IMG/VR virus record: IMGVR_UViG_3300025150_000028 | Span: 1 to 36,827 of that record | Origin: a virus | Lineage: Duplodnaviria; Caudoviricetes | DNA length: 36,827 nt | Reading direction: 5' to 3' (one strand) | Shown: positions 1-7,849 of the stretch, one piece after another | Layout: each line of letters starts with the position of its first letter | Position numbering within the stretch: the stretch's first letter is position 1 | Position numbers and translations under genes: made by a program | The notes under the pieces: model-generated | Told to the model about the DNA's origin: nothing | Seen by the model: the letters and a program-made list of their open reading frames with translations, nothing else | Database searches by the model: none

Positions 1-32
1 CAGCACAAACCATTGCAAAATTTAAGCACTCG

Positions 33-236
33 TTGTTTTATCTTAGAATAAAATACAGAAAACTAGACGCTAGATACCAATACCTTTTAACCATAATACC
101 AAAAAATCAACTCGAACAATCGCTAAAAGAAAACAAAGATTTACAATTTCGATACCAAATTAATGAAGTCGCCAACGAGATAAAAATTACTAAATCCCTC
201 ATTGATATCTTTACAAAAAGATTAAATAACGGATAA
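33..236 (+). CDS. Hypothetical protein, start uncertain (may begin before the window)
   Basis: 67-aa ORF from the track, no recognisable motif. Confidence 0.4.
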   Translation: MFYLRIKYRKLDARYQYLLTIIPKNQLEQSLKENKDLQFRYQINEVANEIKITKSLIDIFTKRLNNG

Positions 237-265
237 CACAATTATCCGAATGACATAATTAATTC

Positions 266-1128
266 CTAAATATTTAACATCCTTCTTTCAAGCTCTTCTT
301 TTAGTTTGTCCCTAGAAGAAACATTATCAACCTCTATAAATGGATTTTCTTCTGGATCGCTTTTGTGTTTTCTGTCGTATCTTTTATTATGTTTATCTCT
401 AAAAACATTGATTCTCTTTTTTCCACATTTATAAAGCTCATCCTGTATTTTTGCCCACTCTTTAGCTTTTTCTCTAATTAGGGGCTCCACCCTCAGAAAT
501 CTTTCATAATTAGAATGCTGTAAGGAGTGACAGTTTTTGCAAACAACAATACATTTTTTAAGCTCACTTTTAATTTCTTCCCCCGAAACACTAAATCTTG
601 GATACTTTGACCTTTTAGAATAAACACTTGATATGTTAAATTTCTTCTCGAATTTAGGTAAATGATGGAAGTGTAAACTTGACAGATTCTCATAATCCGA
701 ATCTAGTTTTGTATCATATCCACAGAGAGTACAATAATCAATCCCGCCGCAGACTCTTAATAATTCCTTTTTGGACACAGAATTATCTATACAATGAACT
801 TCTGCATGACAATTACCACAACGAATTTCACATTTATCTACCTCTCTCTCTAATGCCTTCTTGGAACAATCGGGAGCATTACCCCTAATAATATTCGATA
901 TTGTTTCATTTTTTTCGTCGGATCTTTATGATGAAATTCTAAGATAATTGGATGCTTCATCTTACACCTAACACAACATCCTCCACCATATTCAATTGCA
1001 TACACTTTTTTGGCATATCTTAAAACATAACTGTTTTGAGTGTCTCTAAAATAGTTAGGAACCAATATTCCTCCGTCACCATATCTGTCATAACCTTCAA
1101 AAAGAGTTTTTTCCCAAAACCCATTCAT
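266..1128 (-). pseudogene. Tandem-HNH endonuclease gene split by a frameshift at an A7 run (909-915)
   Basis: ORF 850..1128 has CVRC..LEFHHKDP; its missing half (EVDKCEIRCGNCHAEVH) lies upstream of and in frame with ORF 266..778, which has a second CTLC..HFHH..CIVVCKNCHSLQH unit. Confidence 0.75.
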
Positions 1129-1360
1129 ATCGACACCTCCTTAAAAGCGGTTCTAAACAAACCTATTATACAGGAATCAAGAGAAAACTCAAGAAGATTA
1201 TCCCCCGAGATCTTTCCACCATTTTTGTAACTTTTAGCCCATTTTCTGACGAAATTAGTTTGTTATAATTGGCTTGCGATTATATTTTTTCGGACAAAGC
1301 GAACCAAATTCCCTCAAGGAAACAAATAAAACCTAAACAGGAGCTTACTTAGTTCTAACA

Positions 1361-1435
1361 TGGTTGCCTCGACGGAATTTGAATCCATAATACTGCTGTC
1401 AAAGAGCAGTGTGTTGCCAATTACACCACGAGGCA
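1361..1435 (-). tRNA. tRNA-Gln(TTG)
   Basis: Cloverleaf; anticodon arm CTGCT-CTTTGAC-AGCAG; TTCAAAT T-loop; encoded CCA. Confidence 0.9.
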
Positions 1436-1445
1436 ATAATTAAAA

Positions 1446-1544
1446 TGGCACGGGAACCAGAATTCGCATCTGGACACATAGCCGGTTAGAGCTATCATGA
1501 CGAGTTTAACAGACTCGCGCCTTACTAATTAGGCCAATTCCCGT
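1446..1544 (-). tRNA. tRNA-Asn(GTT) with a 27-nt variable region
   Basis: Acceptor ACGGGAA/TTCCCGT-G-CCA; CGAGT-CTGTTAA-ACTCG; extra arm ATAGC/GCTAT; T-loop TGCGAAT. Confidence 0.8.
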
Positions 1545-1553
1545 ATTAAAATC

Positions 1554-1630
1554 TGGTTGGTCCGAAAGGGTTTGAACCTTTAAGCCTTCTCGTTCAAAGC
1601 GAGATATGCTACCAATTACACCACGGACCA
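1554..1630 (-). tRNA. tRNA-Gln(TTG), second copy
   Basis: TCTCG-CTTTGAA-CGAGA; TTCAAAC T-loop; CCA. Confidence 0.9.
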
Positions 1631-1652
1631 TTTTTTCAAAGACCACATAAAT

Positions 1653-1685
1653 AAAAAAGCCTCCTGAACTTATTCAAGAGGCTTT
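1653..1685 (-). terminator. Intrinsic terminator of the Gln/Asn attenuator
   Basis: AAAGCCTCTTGAA-TAAG-TTCAGGAGGCTTT ending in a U run. Confidence 0.85.
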
Positions 1686-1706
1686 GCTTCAAATTTCTGA
1701 TTATTG

Positions 1707-1787
1707 TTAGAACAGAACACAATCAGACCAAAGCCTCTTAAAGCCTTGGTTCACCTGATTATTCTGTTGATTCATTCTCATTATCAT
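1707..1787 (-). CDS. Asn/Gln-rich leader peptide MIMRMNQQNNQVNQGFKRLWSDCVLF (start may be 1781)
   Basis: Translated by hand; SD-like AAGAAAGG; 8 of 9 consecutive codons are Asn/Gln; lies between promoter and terminator. Confidence 0.85.
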   Translation of the reverse strand: MIMRMNQQNNQVNQGFKRLWSDCVLF

Positions 1788-1812
1788 AAACCTTTCTTAA
1801 TCTTCTGAAGAT

Positions 1813-1841
1813 ACTTTACAACTTACTTTATCAAAAGTCAA
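1813..1841 (-). promoter_or_regulatory. Sigma70-type promoter of the Gln/Asn tRNA operon
   Basis: TTGACT-17 nt-TAAAGT with AT-rich upstream AAAATAATTG. Confidence 0.7.
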
Positions 1842-1856
1842 CAATTATTTTAAGTT

Positions 1857-2192
1857 TTATTTCATTATTTCTAATATCGAATTATTATAATCAACATTAA
1901 AATTACTGTCGAGGTTAAGATCTAAGTCGCCCAAAGTAACAACCCCATTTCCTGTTGTTTCATTCGTCTTTATCTTACTCAAATCAACAACAACTTCTTT
2001 ACTTTCTGCCGGACCACCATTAATCCCAGATATCGATATAGGAACAGTAACGGTTCCATATACATGTACTGATATATTCTTTATTCCCCACTCTCTCGTT
2101 TCAACATCTATTCTAAAATTAATTGACACTTTGCTGGATTCAATATCTAATGTGTCGCCAAATCCATACACATTAACATCTACAAAAGACAC
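1857..2192 (-). CDS. Hypothetical protein (frame is open upstream to about 2250)
   Basis: 111-aa ORF, beta-rich composition. Confidence 0.6.
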   Translation of the reverse strand: MSFVDVNVYGFGDTLDIESSKVSINFRIDVETREWGIKNISVHVYGTVTVPISISGINGGPAESKEVVVDLSKIKTNETTGNGVVTLGDLDLNLDSNFNVDYNNSILEIMK

Positions 2193-2238
2193 ATATTCAT
2201 TGGGGTCTTGATATGATCCTGCCGTTTTATTATACCAG

Positions 2239-2523
2239 TTAGTAATAATAATTCCTCCTCTTGGACATTATTCGAAAACCGACAACAATAACACCCAAGG
2301 CTAAACTTCCCAAAAGAATTCTTCTGTTCCTTTGTTTTTTATTTTCTGTATTTTTAACGGGGGACGACTTTAATGTACCAAATGAAACGAATTCAACCAT
2401 AGAAGTGTTGCCAGATATAAATTGAACTTGATCTTTAGATGGAATTTTAGTAGGTGCAATCGGAAAAGATGAACAACCAAGAAAAAAAACAATAGCCATA
2501 GTCTGAACAATAAATCTTTTCAT
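2239..2523 (-). CDS. Putative lipoprotein/membrane protein
   Basis: MKR + hydrophobic stretch + FLGC lipobox-like motif; C-terminal hydrophobic helix. Confidence 0.6.
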   Translation of the reverse strand: MKRFIVQTMAIVFFLGCSSFPIAPTKIPSKDQVQFISGNTSMVEFVSFGTLKSSPVKNTENKKQRNRRILLGSLALGVIVVGFRIMSKRRNYYY

Positions 2524-2599
2524 AATATGCTCCTAAATTTTAAATCTCACATATTATTTCAATAAGAAAACAGTATCTTCCTTCTACTTTTTAATAAAA

Positions 2600-2677
2600 T
2601 GGCGTCCCCAGAGAGATTCGAACTCCCGACCTAAAGATTAGAAATCTTTTGCTGCTATCCAACTGAGCTATGGGGAC
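2600..2677 (-). tRNA. tRNA-Arg(TCT)
   Basis: AAAGA-TTTCTAA-TCTTT; canonical D and T arms; CCA; TTGATT..TATAAT promoter-like sequence immediately upstream. Confidence 0.92.
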
Positions 2678-2727
2678 ATTTTCTATATTATACAGGATGG
2701 GTTGTGAAAATCAAATAAAAAACAGAA

Positions 2728-3036
2728 TTACTTTTTATGTCTTTTCTTTTCAACCAACATGAGAATTAAGGAACCCAATGTAGCCCCAGTAGCAGCCGAT
2801 ATTGCAACGAAAACCTTGGCCCAAATCCCATCAACAATAAAAAGATTAGCGATGACGGCAAAAGGTAGCAGTTCTTCTATCCATACTAAAACGCAAGTCA
2901 ATGTTACTTCCAAACGTTGTAACCCTAATATCCTCCGCAAAGCTATGTACCAAGATACAAAGCTTATCGCAAATGACAATAAACAAATTCCTATTGTCAG
3001 GAGGAGGCTCATCTTCTTTCTCCTCAATAATATCAA
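2728..3036 (-). CDS. Small membrane protein (about 3 TM segments)
   Basis: Three hydrophobic stretches, basic C-terminus. Confidence 0.65.
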   Translation of the reverse strand: MILLRRKKMSLLLTIGICLLSFAISFVSWYIALRRILGLQRLEVTLTCVLVWIEELLPFAVIANLFIVDGIWAKVFVAISAATGATLGSLILMLVEKKRHKK

Positions 3037-3099
3037 TCGGATGTGCTTCTCTTTGCATATCTATAATTTCATTCAAAAAATACAAACATATTCCTGCTA

Positions 3100-3321
3100 C
3101 TAAACGTCAGAAGCATCTCTCTGTTTAGTGTAATCCCTGCTCCGAATTACAGCGCTTTCTTCGTCCATTGCAAGAGTCCCAACATCAACAACTTCCCATC
3201 CATCATCCCATATACCGTCTTCTTTTATCTTAACAATAGCTTTAAGTCGAGAATACTTTTCAGGAATCCACGCCTGCTGATAAGCGGTCCCTTTTCTTAA
3301 TTTGCATTGATAATAATTCAT
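3100..3321 (-). CDS. Hypothetical protein (start MNYYQ; the longer track ORF overlaps a tRNA-like gene)
   Basis: GGAGG SD before ATG at 3321. Confidence 0.7.
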   Translation of the reverse strand: MNYYQCKLRKGTAYQQAWIPEKYSRLKAIVKIKEDGIWDDGWEVVDVGTLAMDEESAVIRSRDYTKQRDASDV

Positions 3322-3339
3322 AAGACCTCCGTTTAAAAA

Positions 3340-3436
3340 TGGTAGCGGAAGTTGGATTTGAACCAACAGTGAAGAGTAATGATCTCTTCTACCGGCGAAG
3401 TTTCCCCGGCGAGTTTGACGTTTCCTCTATTCCGCG
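3340..3436 (-). tRNA. Aberrant initiator-Met-like tRNA with a defective anticodon loop and an extra CAT-bearing arm
   Basis: Acceptor CGCGGAA/TTCCGCT-A-CCA (1:72 mismatch); CCGG-GGAAACTTCG-CCGG; GAAGAG-ATCATTA-CTCTTC; intact T arm. Confidence 0.6.
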
Positions 3437-3444
3437 ATTAAAAA

Positions 3445-3535
3445 TGGTGTCTCCGATAGGATTCGAACCTACATTTGCGATTAACGCCCTCTGGGTCCGT
3501 AGCCCAGTGTGCTCATCCAATTACACCACGGAGAC
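3445..3535 (-). tRNA. tRNA-Arg(ACG) with an 18-nt variable region
   Basis: CTGGG-CTACGGA-CCCAG; extra arm GCG-TTAAT-CGC; TTCGAAT; CCA. Confidence 0.88.
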
Positions 3536-4201
3536 ATAATCTTTCATGTATTTCCACCCACGCACTAGCCATTGAGTATATAAATTATGATTCTTCCCGT
3601 ACCACCCACACGCAAAAGGATGGTTCACTTCAACTAAGGTCATCTTTTTGTCACACATACCCATATCTATCGTCCCACAAAAATCATTAGGTATACTAAT
3701 GTCTATATCAGGAGCATCAGGACATTCTATCTCATCACCTAAATACCATTCTCCACATAAAATCTTGCCATTGGAAACATAATAGCGCCACTCATTGTCA
3801 AATTTTACTATATCTGAACACCAATATGGACCCTTCTTTTTCTTACGATATCCCCCATTAGTTACAAATCCAGTAAATCTTTTGTACCTATCTGATGGCT
3901 TTATAAAAACCTTTTTACCTAATGGCCATTCGTTAGATTCCCAAACTTTTCTGTGTAAGTATTCTTTTAAGAAATCAGGGTAATAATTTGGAACAGTATT
4001 TTTTCCCAATTTCTTCTCTACCCATTCTACGCTTCCAACACATATGTAATTTGCATCGCTTTTAGAATCATGTGACATTTTTTCTAACTTGTAAGGAATC
4101 CTATTCATGCCACAAGTATAAGCAACAGCCAAAAATTCTTTAGAGTTCTGATGCTCTCTTTGAATCAAAAATCCATCATATCCTAACATGTCTATTTTCA
4201 T
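3521..4201 (-). CDS. ATP-grasp domain protein (DUF4343/R2K-like)
   Basis: VFIKP, EWRYYV, TIDMG and LVEVN motifs. Confidence 0.7.
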   Translation of the reverse strand: MKIDMLGYDGFLIQREHQNSKEFLAVAYTCGMNRIPYKLEKMSHDSKSDANYICVGSVEWVEKKLGKNTVPNYYPDFLKEYLHRKVWESNEWPLGKKVFIKPSDRYKRFTGFVTNGGYRKKKKGPYWCSDIVKFDNEWRYYVSNGKILCGEWYLGDEIECPDAPDIDISIPNDFCGTIDMGMCDKKMTLVEVNHPFACGWYGKNHNLYTQWLVRGWKYMKDYVSVV

Positions 4202-4252
4202 AATACACCGATAGTTACTGACATACGCTCCATGCTAAAGCCACGGAGGTTC

Positions 4253-5311
4253 TTAGTTAGCAAAAGCCTCATTACATTTCGGCATTTGATTTTCTAATCT
4301 GAGGATATCAGTGTTCCTCTTAGTATTATCACTGTCTAATACTAAATGACCATTGCCTTCAGTGTTATTCAATAATTCAAATGCCGCTATATTAAAAGCG
4401 GCATTTGAATCCGCATGGTCAACGTGTCCACAACTACACTTGAATACTTTTCCATTCCTGTTTCCTATAACTCCACATCTACTACATCTCTGACTAGTAT
4501 ATGCAGGATTGATATAGATAACTGGTATTCCTAATATCTTGGATTTGTATTCTATCATTGTTTTCAACTGATAGAAGCTCCAACTATTTAAGGAATACTT
4601 GAATGACGATTGTGTTTTCTTGTTTCTTTTTTCTCTAATCTTACTCAACTCTTCTAACTTAATTCCACAGCTATTTTGTTGAGCAACTTGAACTATCTTT
4701 TTACTAATTTCGTGATTTAAGTTCTTAATTCTATTTTGTTCTCTTCTCTTGATTTTCTTTAGTTGATATTTTGCTCCTTTCTTTTGTAGTTTTGTTCTCA
4801 GGTTCTTGTATTTTAAGTGAAGATGATTTGCTTCTTTTCCTAATTTGATAACTTTTTTAGTTTTAGGAATTGCTACAACAGCACAGTGTCCAGTAGTATT
4901 TAAGTCTACTCCGATATAGTCTTTGGTTTTCATTTCCTGCTTGTTGAAAACTTCGCAGGAAATATAGCAATAAGTATTATCAACTTCTATCTGATTGATT
5001 TTAGTGAAGTTGTTAGGAAATTGATATTGTAGTTCTAGTTTAATTACTGGAACTTTGATTATTCTAGTTTCTTGGTTGACCTTAATACCTTGGTTAGGAA
5101 CAGTTAGTTTAACAGATTTAATTGATTTACACTTTTTGTTCTTTGAATATTTTTTCAGGATTTGGTTAGAGATTTGTGATTTTAGACCAAAGTGTTTTAC
5201 GTCTTTAGAACTTCTGGATTTAGTTTTAATAGCAAATGTAGCAATTTTTCGAGCGATATTTAGTTCGCTAGAAAAATCTTTGTTGTGCTTAACTTTGTAG
5301 GTTAGTATCAT
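4253..5311 (-). CDS. tnpB: TnpB RNA-guided endonuclease
   Basis: RuvC motifs IGVDLN, IKLEEL and HADSNAAFNI; TSQRCSRCG..CSCG zinc ribbon. Confidence 0.93.
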   Translation of the reverse strand: MILTYKVKHNKDFSSELNIARKIATFAIKTKSRSSKDVKHFGLKSQISNQILKKYSKNKKCKSIKSVKLTVPNQGIKVNQETRIIKVPVIKLELQYQFPNNFTKINQIEVDNTYCYISCEVFNKQEMKTKDYIGVDLNTTGHCAVVAIPKTKKVIKLGKEANHLHLKYKNLRTKLQKKGAKYQLKKIKRREQNRIKNLNHEISKKIVQVAQQNSCGIKLEELSKIREKRNKKTQSSFKYSLNSWSFYQLKTMIEYKSKILGIPVIYINPAYTSQRCSRCGVIGNRNGKVFKCSCGHVDHADSNAAFNIAAFELLNNTEGNGHLVLDSDNTKRNTDILRLENQMPKCNEAFAN

Positions 5312-5721
5312 TTGTTCTTTTGGTTTTCTATATATTTCTTAACTATTGCTAAAGTCACTGCTCCAACAGAAGAAATGAATCTGGAATTAGTCCAAAGAGT
5401 AGGAAGCCTTGATTTTAGTTCTGAGAATTGGTTTCTAAGTTCATGAGAAGTATAACCTTTGATTTTAGAAACAACTTTATATATTCCTTCTTTTGGATTA
5501 GTACTAATTATCAAGTGAACGTGGTCTAGCAAAACTTCCATATCAAGAACTTTGAACTTATATTCTTCTTGTTTTGAAAGAATTAACTCCTTAAGTCGTT
5601 TTGCAATATCTTCTGTCAAAACCTTTCTTCTGTATTTAGGACAGAAGATAACATGATATTGACAAGAGTAGATGAAATCTCCATCCGACTCATACTTCTT
5701 TTCGCTTTGTTGTATTTCCAT
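5308..5721 (-). CDS. tnpA: Y1 HUH transposase
   Basis: YHVIFCPKYRR, DHVHL (HUH), LW, YIENQ. Confidence 0.95.
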   Translation of the reverse strand: MEIQQSEKKYESDGDFIYSCQYHVIFCPKYRRKVLTEDIAKRLKELILSKQEEYKFKVLDMEVLLDHVHLIISTNPKEGIYKVVSKIKGYTSHELRNQFSELKSRLPTLWTNSRFISSVGAVTLAIVKKYIENQKNK

Positions 5722-5879
5722 ATACTAGTCCTTAATATCTTCTATTTATATTATACAAGAAATTAAGAAATATTCCTGCATAAAAGTGAAAATATTTTTT
5801 AGAGTAGGAAATGTTTGAAATTGACGGCATTCATCCCTATGCTGAAGCAACAGGGCTTTCTGCCGTTTTCCCTGTAAGT

Positions 5880-5961
5880 TGGCAAGTAGGTAAGGATTTC
5901 CACCTCTTTTTAATTAATTATGGTTCCGGAGTCCATAACTATACGACTTTACGCTCTACTT
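5880..5961 (-). tRNA. Degenerate tRNA-Arg(CCG)-like gene
   Basis: AAGTAG/CTACTT-G-CCA; TTATGG-A-CTCCGGA-A-CCATAA; eroded D arm; T-loop TGGAAAT. Confidence 0.5.
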
Positions 5962-5968
5962 ATAAAAT

Positions 5969-6045
5969 TGGTGCCGGATAAGGAAGTCGAATCCCTACAA
6001 ACACTGCGTATGAAGCAGTTGCACTAACCATTATGCTAATCCGGC
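5969..6045 (-). tRNA. tRNA-Met(CAT), elongator (Ile2 not excluded)
   Basis: ACTGC-TTCATAC-GCAGT; paired G1-C72; CCA. Confidence 0.85.
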
Positions 6046-6056
6046 ATATTTAAAAA

Positions 6057-6145
6057 TGGCACGGTGAGAGGGATTCGAACCCCCAATGAGTAATTACACT
6101 CGCAGGTTTTGGAGACCCGAGCCATACCAGTTTGACGATCACCGT
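6057..6145 (-). tRNA. tRNA-Trp(CCA) with an 18-nt variable region
   Basis: CGGGT-CTCCAAA-ACCTG; extra arm GAGT-GTAATT-ACTC; TTCGAAT; G-CCA. Confidence 0.88.
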
Positions 6146-6152
6146 ATAAAAA

Positions 6153-6228
6153 TGGTGGGGACGCCGGGAGTCAAACCCGGAACGATAACCTTAGAAGGGT
6201 TTCAGATATTCAGTTTCACCACGTCCCT
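6153..6228 (-). tRNA. tRNA-Arg(TCT), divergent copy
   Basis: AACC-CTTCTAA-GGTT; A1/C72 mismatch; T-loop TTTGACT; CCA. Confidence 0.7.
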
Positions 6229-6237
6229 ATTTTAAAT

Positions 6238-6312
6238 TGGTACTCCTGCCCAGAATCGAACTGGGAACAATTTTTTAGGAGAAAACTATGATGTCCGTTT
6301 CACCACAGGAGT
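6238..6312 (-). tRNA. tRNA-Arg(CCT)
   Basis: GTTTT-CTCCTAA-AAAAT; TTCGATT; CCA. Confidence 0.85.
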
Positions 6313-6315
6313 ATT

Positions 6316-7149
6316 TTAAAAACCCCATGAACTCTTATCGTAAATTGTTTTCTTCGTTATTAGTTTAATTTTATGAGGAAATGCATCCAATTTACGCTGG
6401 TCATTTTCTACGAAGTACCCTTTTGTTTCAACCCATAGGTCTAAGTCTTTAATATAAAAGTCTGGTACATAATTTGCGGCTCGTTCTATTCCATCTTCGA
6501 TTTTTCTATATGGAAATCCCTTAGTGTTTTTAGTCCATGCATATTTCTTCTCGTCCAAATATTCTGCCACAATAAATTCGTAAGAACTGTCCATCCAAAC
6601 TTCCCCCGCTATTGGAGAATTATACCATCCAGACTTGAAATTTCTAACCGATCCCGGATGATATCCACCCTGACCGGGCCGCTTACGAGAACATTCTTTA
6701 GAACAATATTTTTTATATCCATGGTTTTCTTGACACTGAGATATAATATAGTTTTTACCACAAACGGGACAAATTTTGTTGACTGTTTTTTTATTTTTTT
6801 TAGCCACATCGATGCCTTTTCTAAGCCCCCACATCTTCCCTTTTAAGTAAGCCGTTTTGCATGATTCACTAGTCTTTTTAAAAACCTCTGGACGATTATT
6901 AATCCTATCTCTATTTGTATGTTTGGCAGAACAAGAAGAACCACAAAAAATATTTTTTTCATGTGGTTTACATTGAAAATCTTTTTTACATTCCAAACAT
7001 TGTCTAGTTTCGGATTTAAATCCCTGTCTGGTTTTTATCTTCCATATATTACAACACTCACTATTACAAAAAACCCTTCTATTTGATGGTTTGTATGTAA
7101 TATCTTTTCCGCAAGTTCGACATAAAAAAATCATATTTTTATATTTCAT
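6316..7149 (-). CDS. Zinc-finger repeat PD-(D/E)XK endonuclease (putative homing endonuclease)
   Basis: Three CxxC..(F/Y)CxxxC repeats; C-terminal DSSYE..YVPDF..WVETKG. Confidence 0.75.
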   Translation of the reverse strand: MKYKNMIFLCRTCGKDITYKPSNRRVFCNSECCNIWKIKTRQGFKSETRQCLECKKDFQCKPHEKNIFCGSSCSAKHTNRDRINNRPEVFKKTSESCKTAYLKGKMWGLRKGIDVAKKNKKTVNKICPVCGKNYIISQCQENHGYKKYCSKECSRKRPGQGGYHPGSVRNFKSGWYNSPIAGEVWMDSSYEFIVAEYLDEKKYAWTKNTKGFPYRKIEDGIERAANYVPDFYIKDLDLWVETKGYFVENDQRKLDAFPHKIKLITKKTIYDKSSWGF

Positions 7150-7231
7150 ACTTACATACTTACATACTCCAACGGACTCGACCTCAATCCCTTCTTGAAT
7201 TTTAATTTATTTTAGTAACCAGATCGAAACT

Positions 7232-7308
7232 TGGCGGGGACGACGAGGCTCGAACTCGCAACTTTCAGATCGACAATCTGATGCGCTAACCAATTGCGCC
7301 ACGTCCCC
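7232..7308 (-). tRNA. tRNA-Asp(GTC)
   Basis: TCAGA-TTGTCGA-TCTGA; canonical arms; G-CCA. Confidence 0.95.
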
Positions 7309-7311
7309 AAT

Positions 7312-7393
7312 GCATGTTTTACCGATAAATACCGGCCAGACGCTCACTCAGTTTCGCGGCTGCAAGAATTTTTAATCTTGCTTTTTAACATGC
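7312..7393 (-). ncRNA. Candidate multi-branched small RNA between tRNA genes
   Basis: Closing stem GCATGTT/AACATGC; internal GCAAGA/TCTTGC and two weaker hairpins. Confidence 0.4.
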
Positions 7394-7398
7394 TAAAT

Positions 7399-7484
7399 TG
7401 GTAGCGGAGGTTGGAGTTGCACCCACATGACTTTTCAGCACCGGGTTATGAGCCCGGCCCAGCACTACTACTGGCTGCTCCGCA
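7399..7484 (-). tRNA. Initiator tRNA-fMet(CAT) with a 14-nt variable region
   Basis: CCGGG-CTCATAA-CCCGG (three G-C pairs); 1:72 mismatch; T-loop TGCAACT; A-CCA. Confidence 0.8.
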
Positions 7485-7494
7485 ATTAAAAAAT

Positions 7495-7569
7495 TGGTAG
7501 CGGGTGTGGTAATTGCAACCACAATCTTTACGTTATGAGCGTAAAAAGCTACTCTTGCTCCATCCCGCA
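7495..7569 (-). tRNA. fMet-derived tRNA(CAT) lacking the three anticodon-stem G-C pairs
   Basis: TTACG-CTCATAA-CGTAA; acceptor TGCGGG/CCCGCT-A-CCA; T-loop TGCAATT. Confidence 0.75.
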
Positions 7570-7766
7570 ATCACTTAAAGCAACTTATAGTTTACATTAA
7601 TGGTCTTTATGCAAACTATATTATACATTATCGCGCCATATCTTATTGTCGCTAAGTCGTCTTATTTGGCGCATAGTCTTTTTAGCGACACATCCATTAA
7701 CCTATTACTATCAATGTATTTGTGTATTATTTTTGTGCCACTTAAATCGTCTTATATGGCGCATTA

Positions 7767-7841
7767 TGGTACTCCTTAAAGGATTTTAACCTTTAACTAT
7801 GGGTTCGAAGCCCATTATGATGTACGTTTCACCAAAGGAGT
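7767..7841 (-). tRNA. tRNA-Arg(TCG)
   Basis: ATGGG-CTTCGAA-CCCAT; T-loop TTAAAAT; CCA. Confidence 0.82.
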
Positions 7842-7849
7842 GTTGTTTT

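Larger units (their letters stand above)
4218..5873 (-). mobile_element. IS200/IS605-family insertion sequence
   Basis: tnpA+tnpB; left end 3' of TTAC with AAAG before hairpin CCCTGTTGC-TTCA-GCATAGGG; right hairpin CTCCGTG..CATGGAG preceded by GAAC and ending at TCAG. Confidence 0.88.

Noticed and set aside
6153-6228. Amber suppressor (CTA) reading of the anticodon loop
   Set aside because: The stem pairs only as AACC/GGTT around CTTCTAA, which centres TCT (Arg)
7330-7365. Hammerhead ribozyme (GAAAC, CTGA..GA)
   Set aside because: Core is CTGAGTGA rather than CTGANGA, and the stems are not arranged correctly
7630-7765. Repeat TCGTCTTATwTGGCGCAT (two copies) as a CRISPR array
   Set aside because: Only two copies about 90 nt apart and no cas genes; may be operator sites but unsupported
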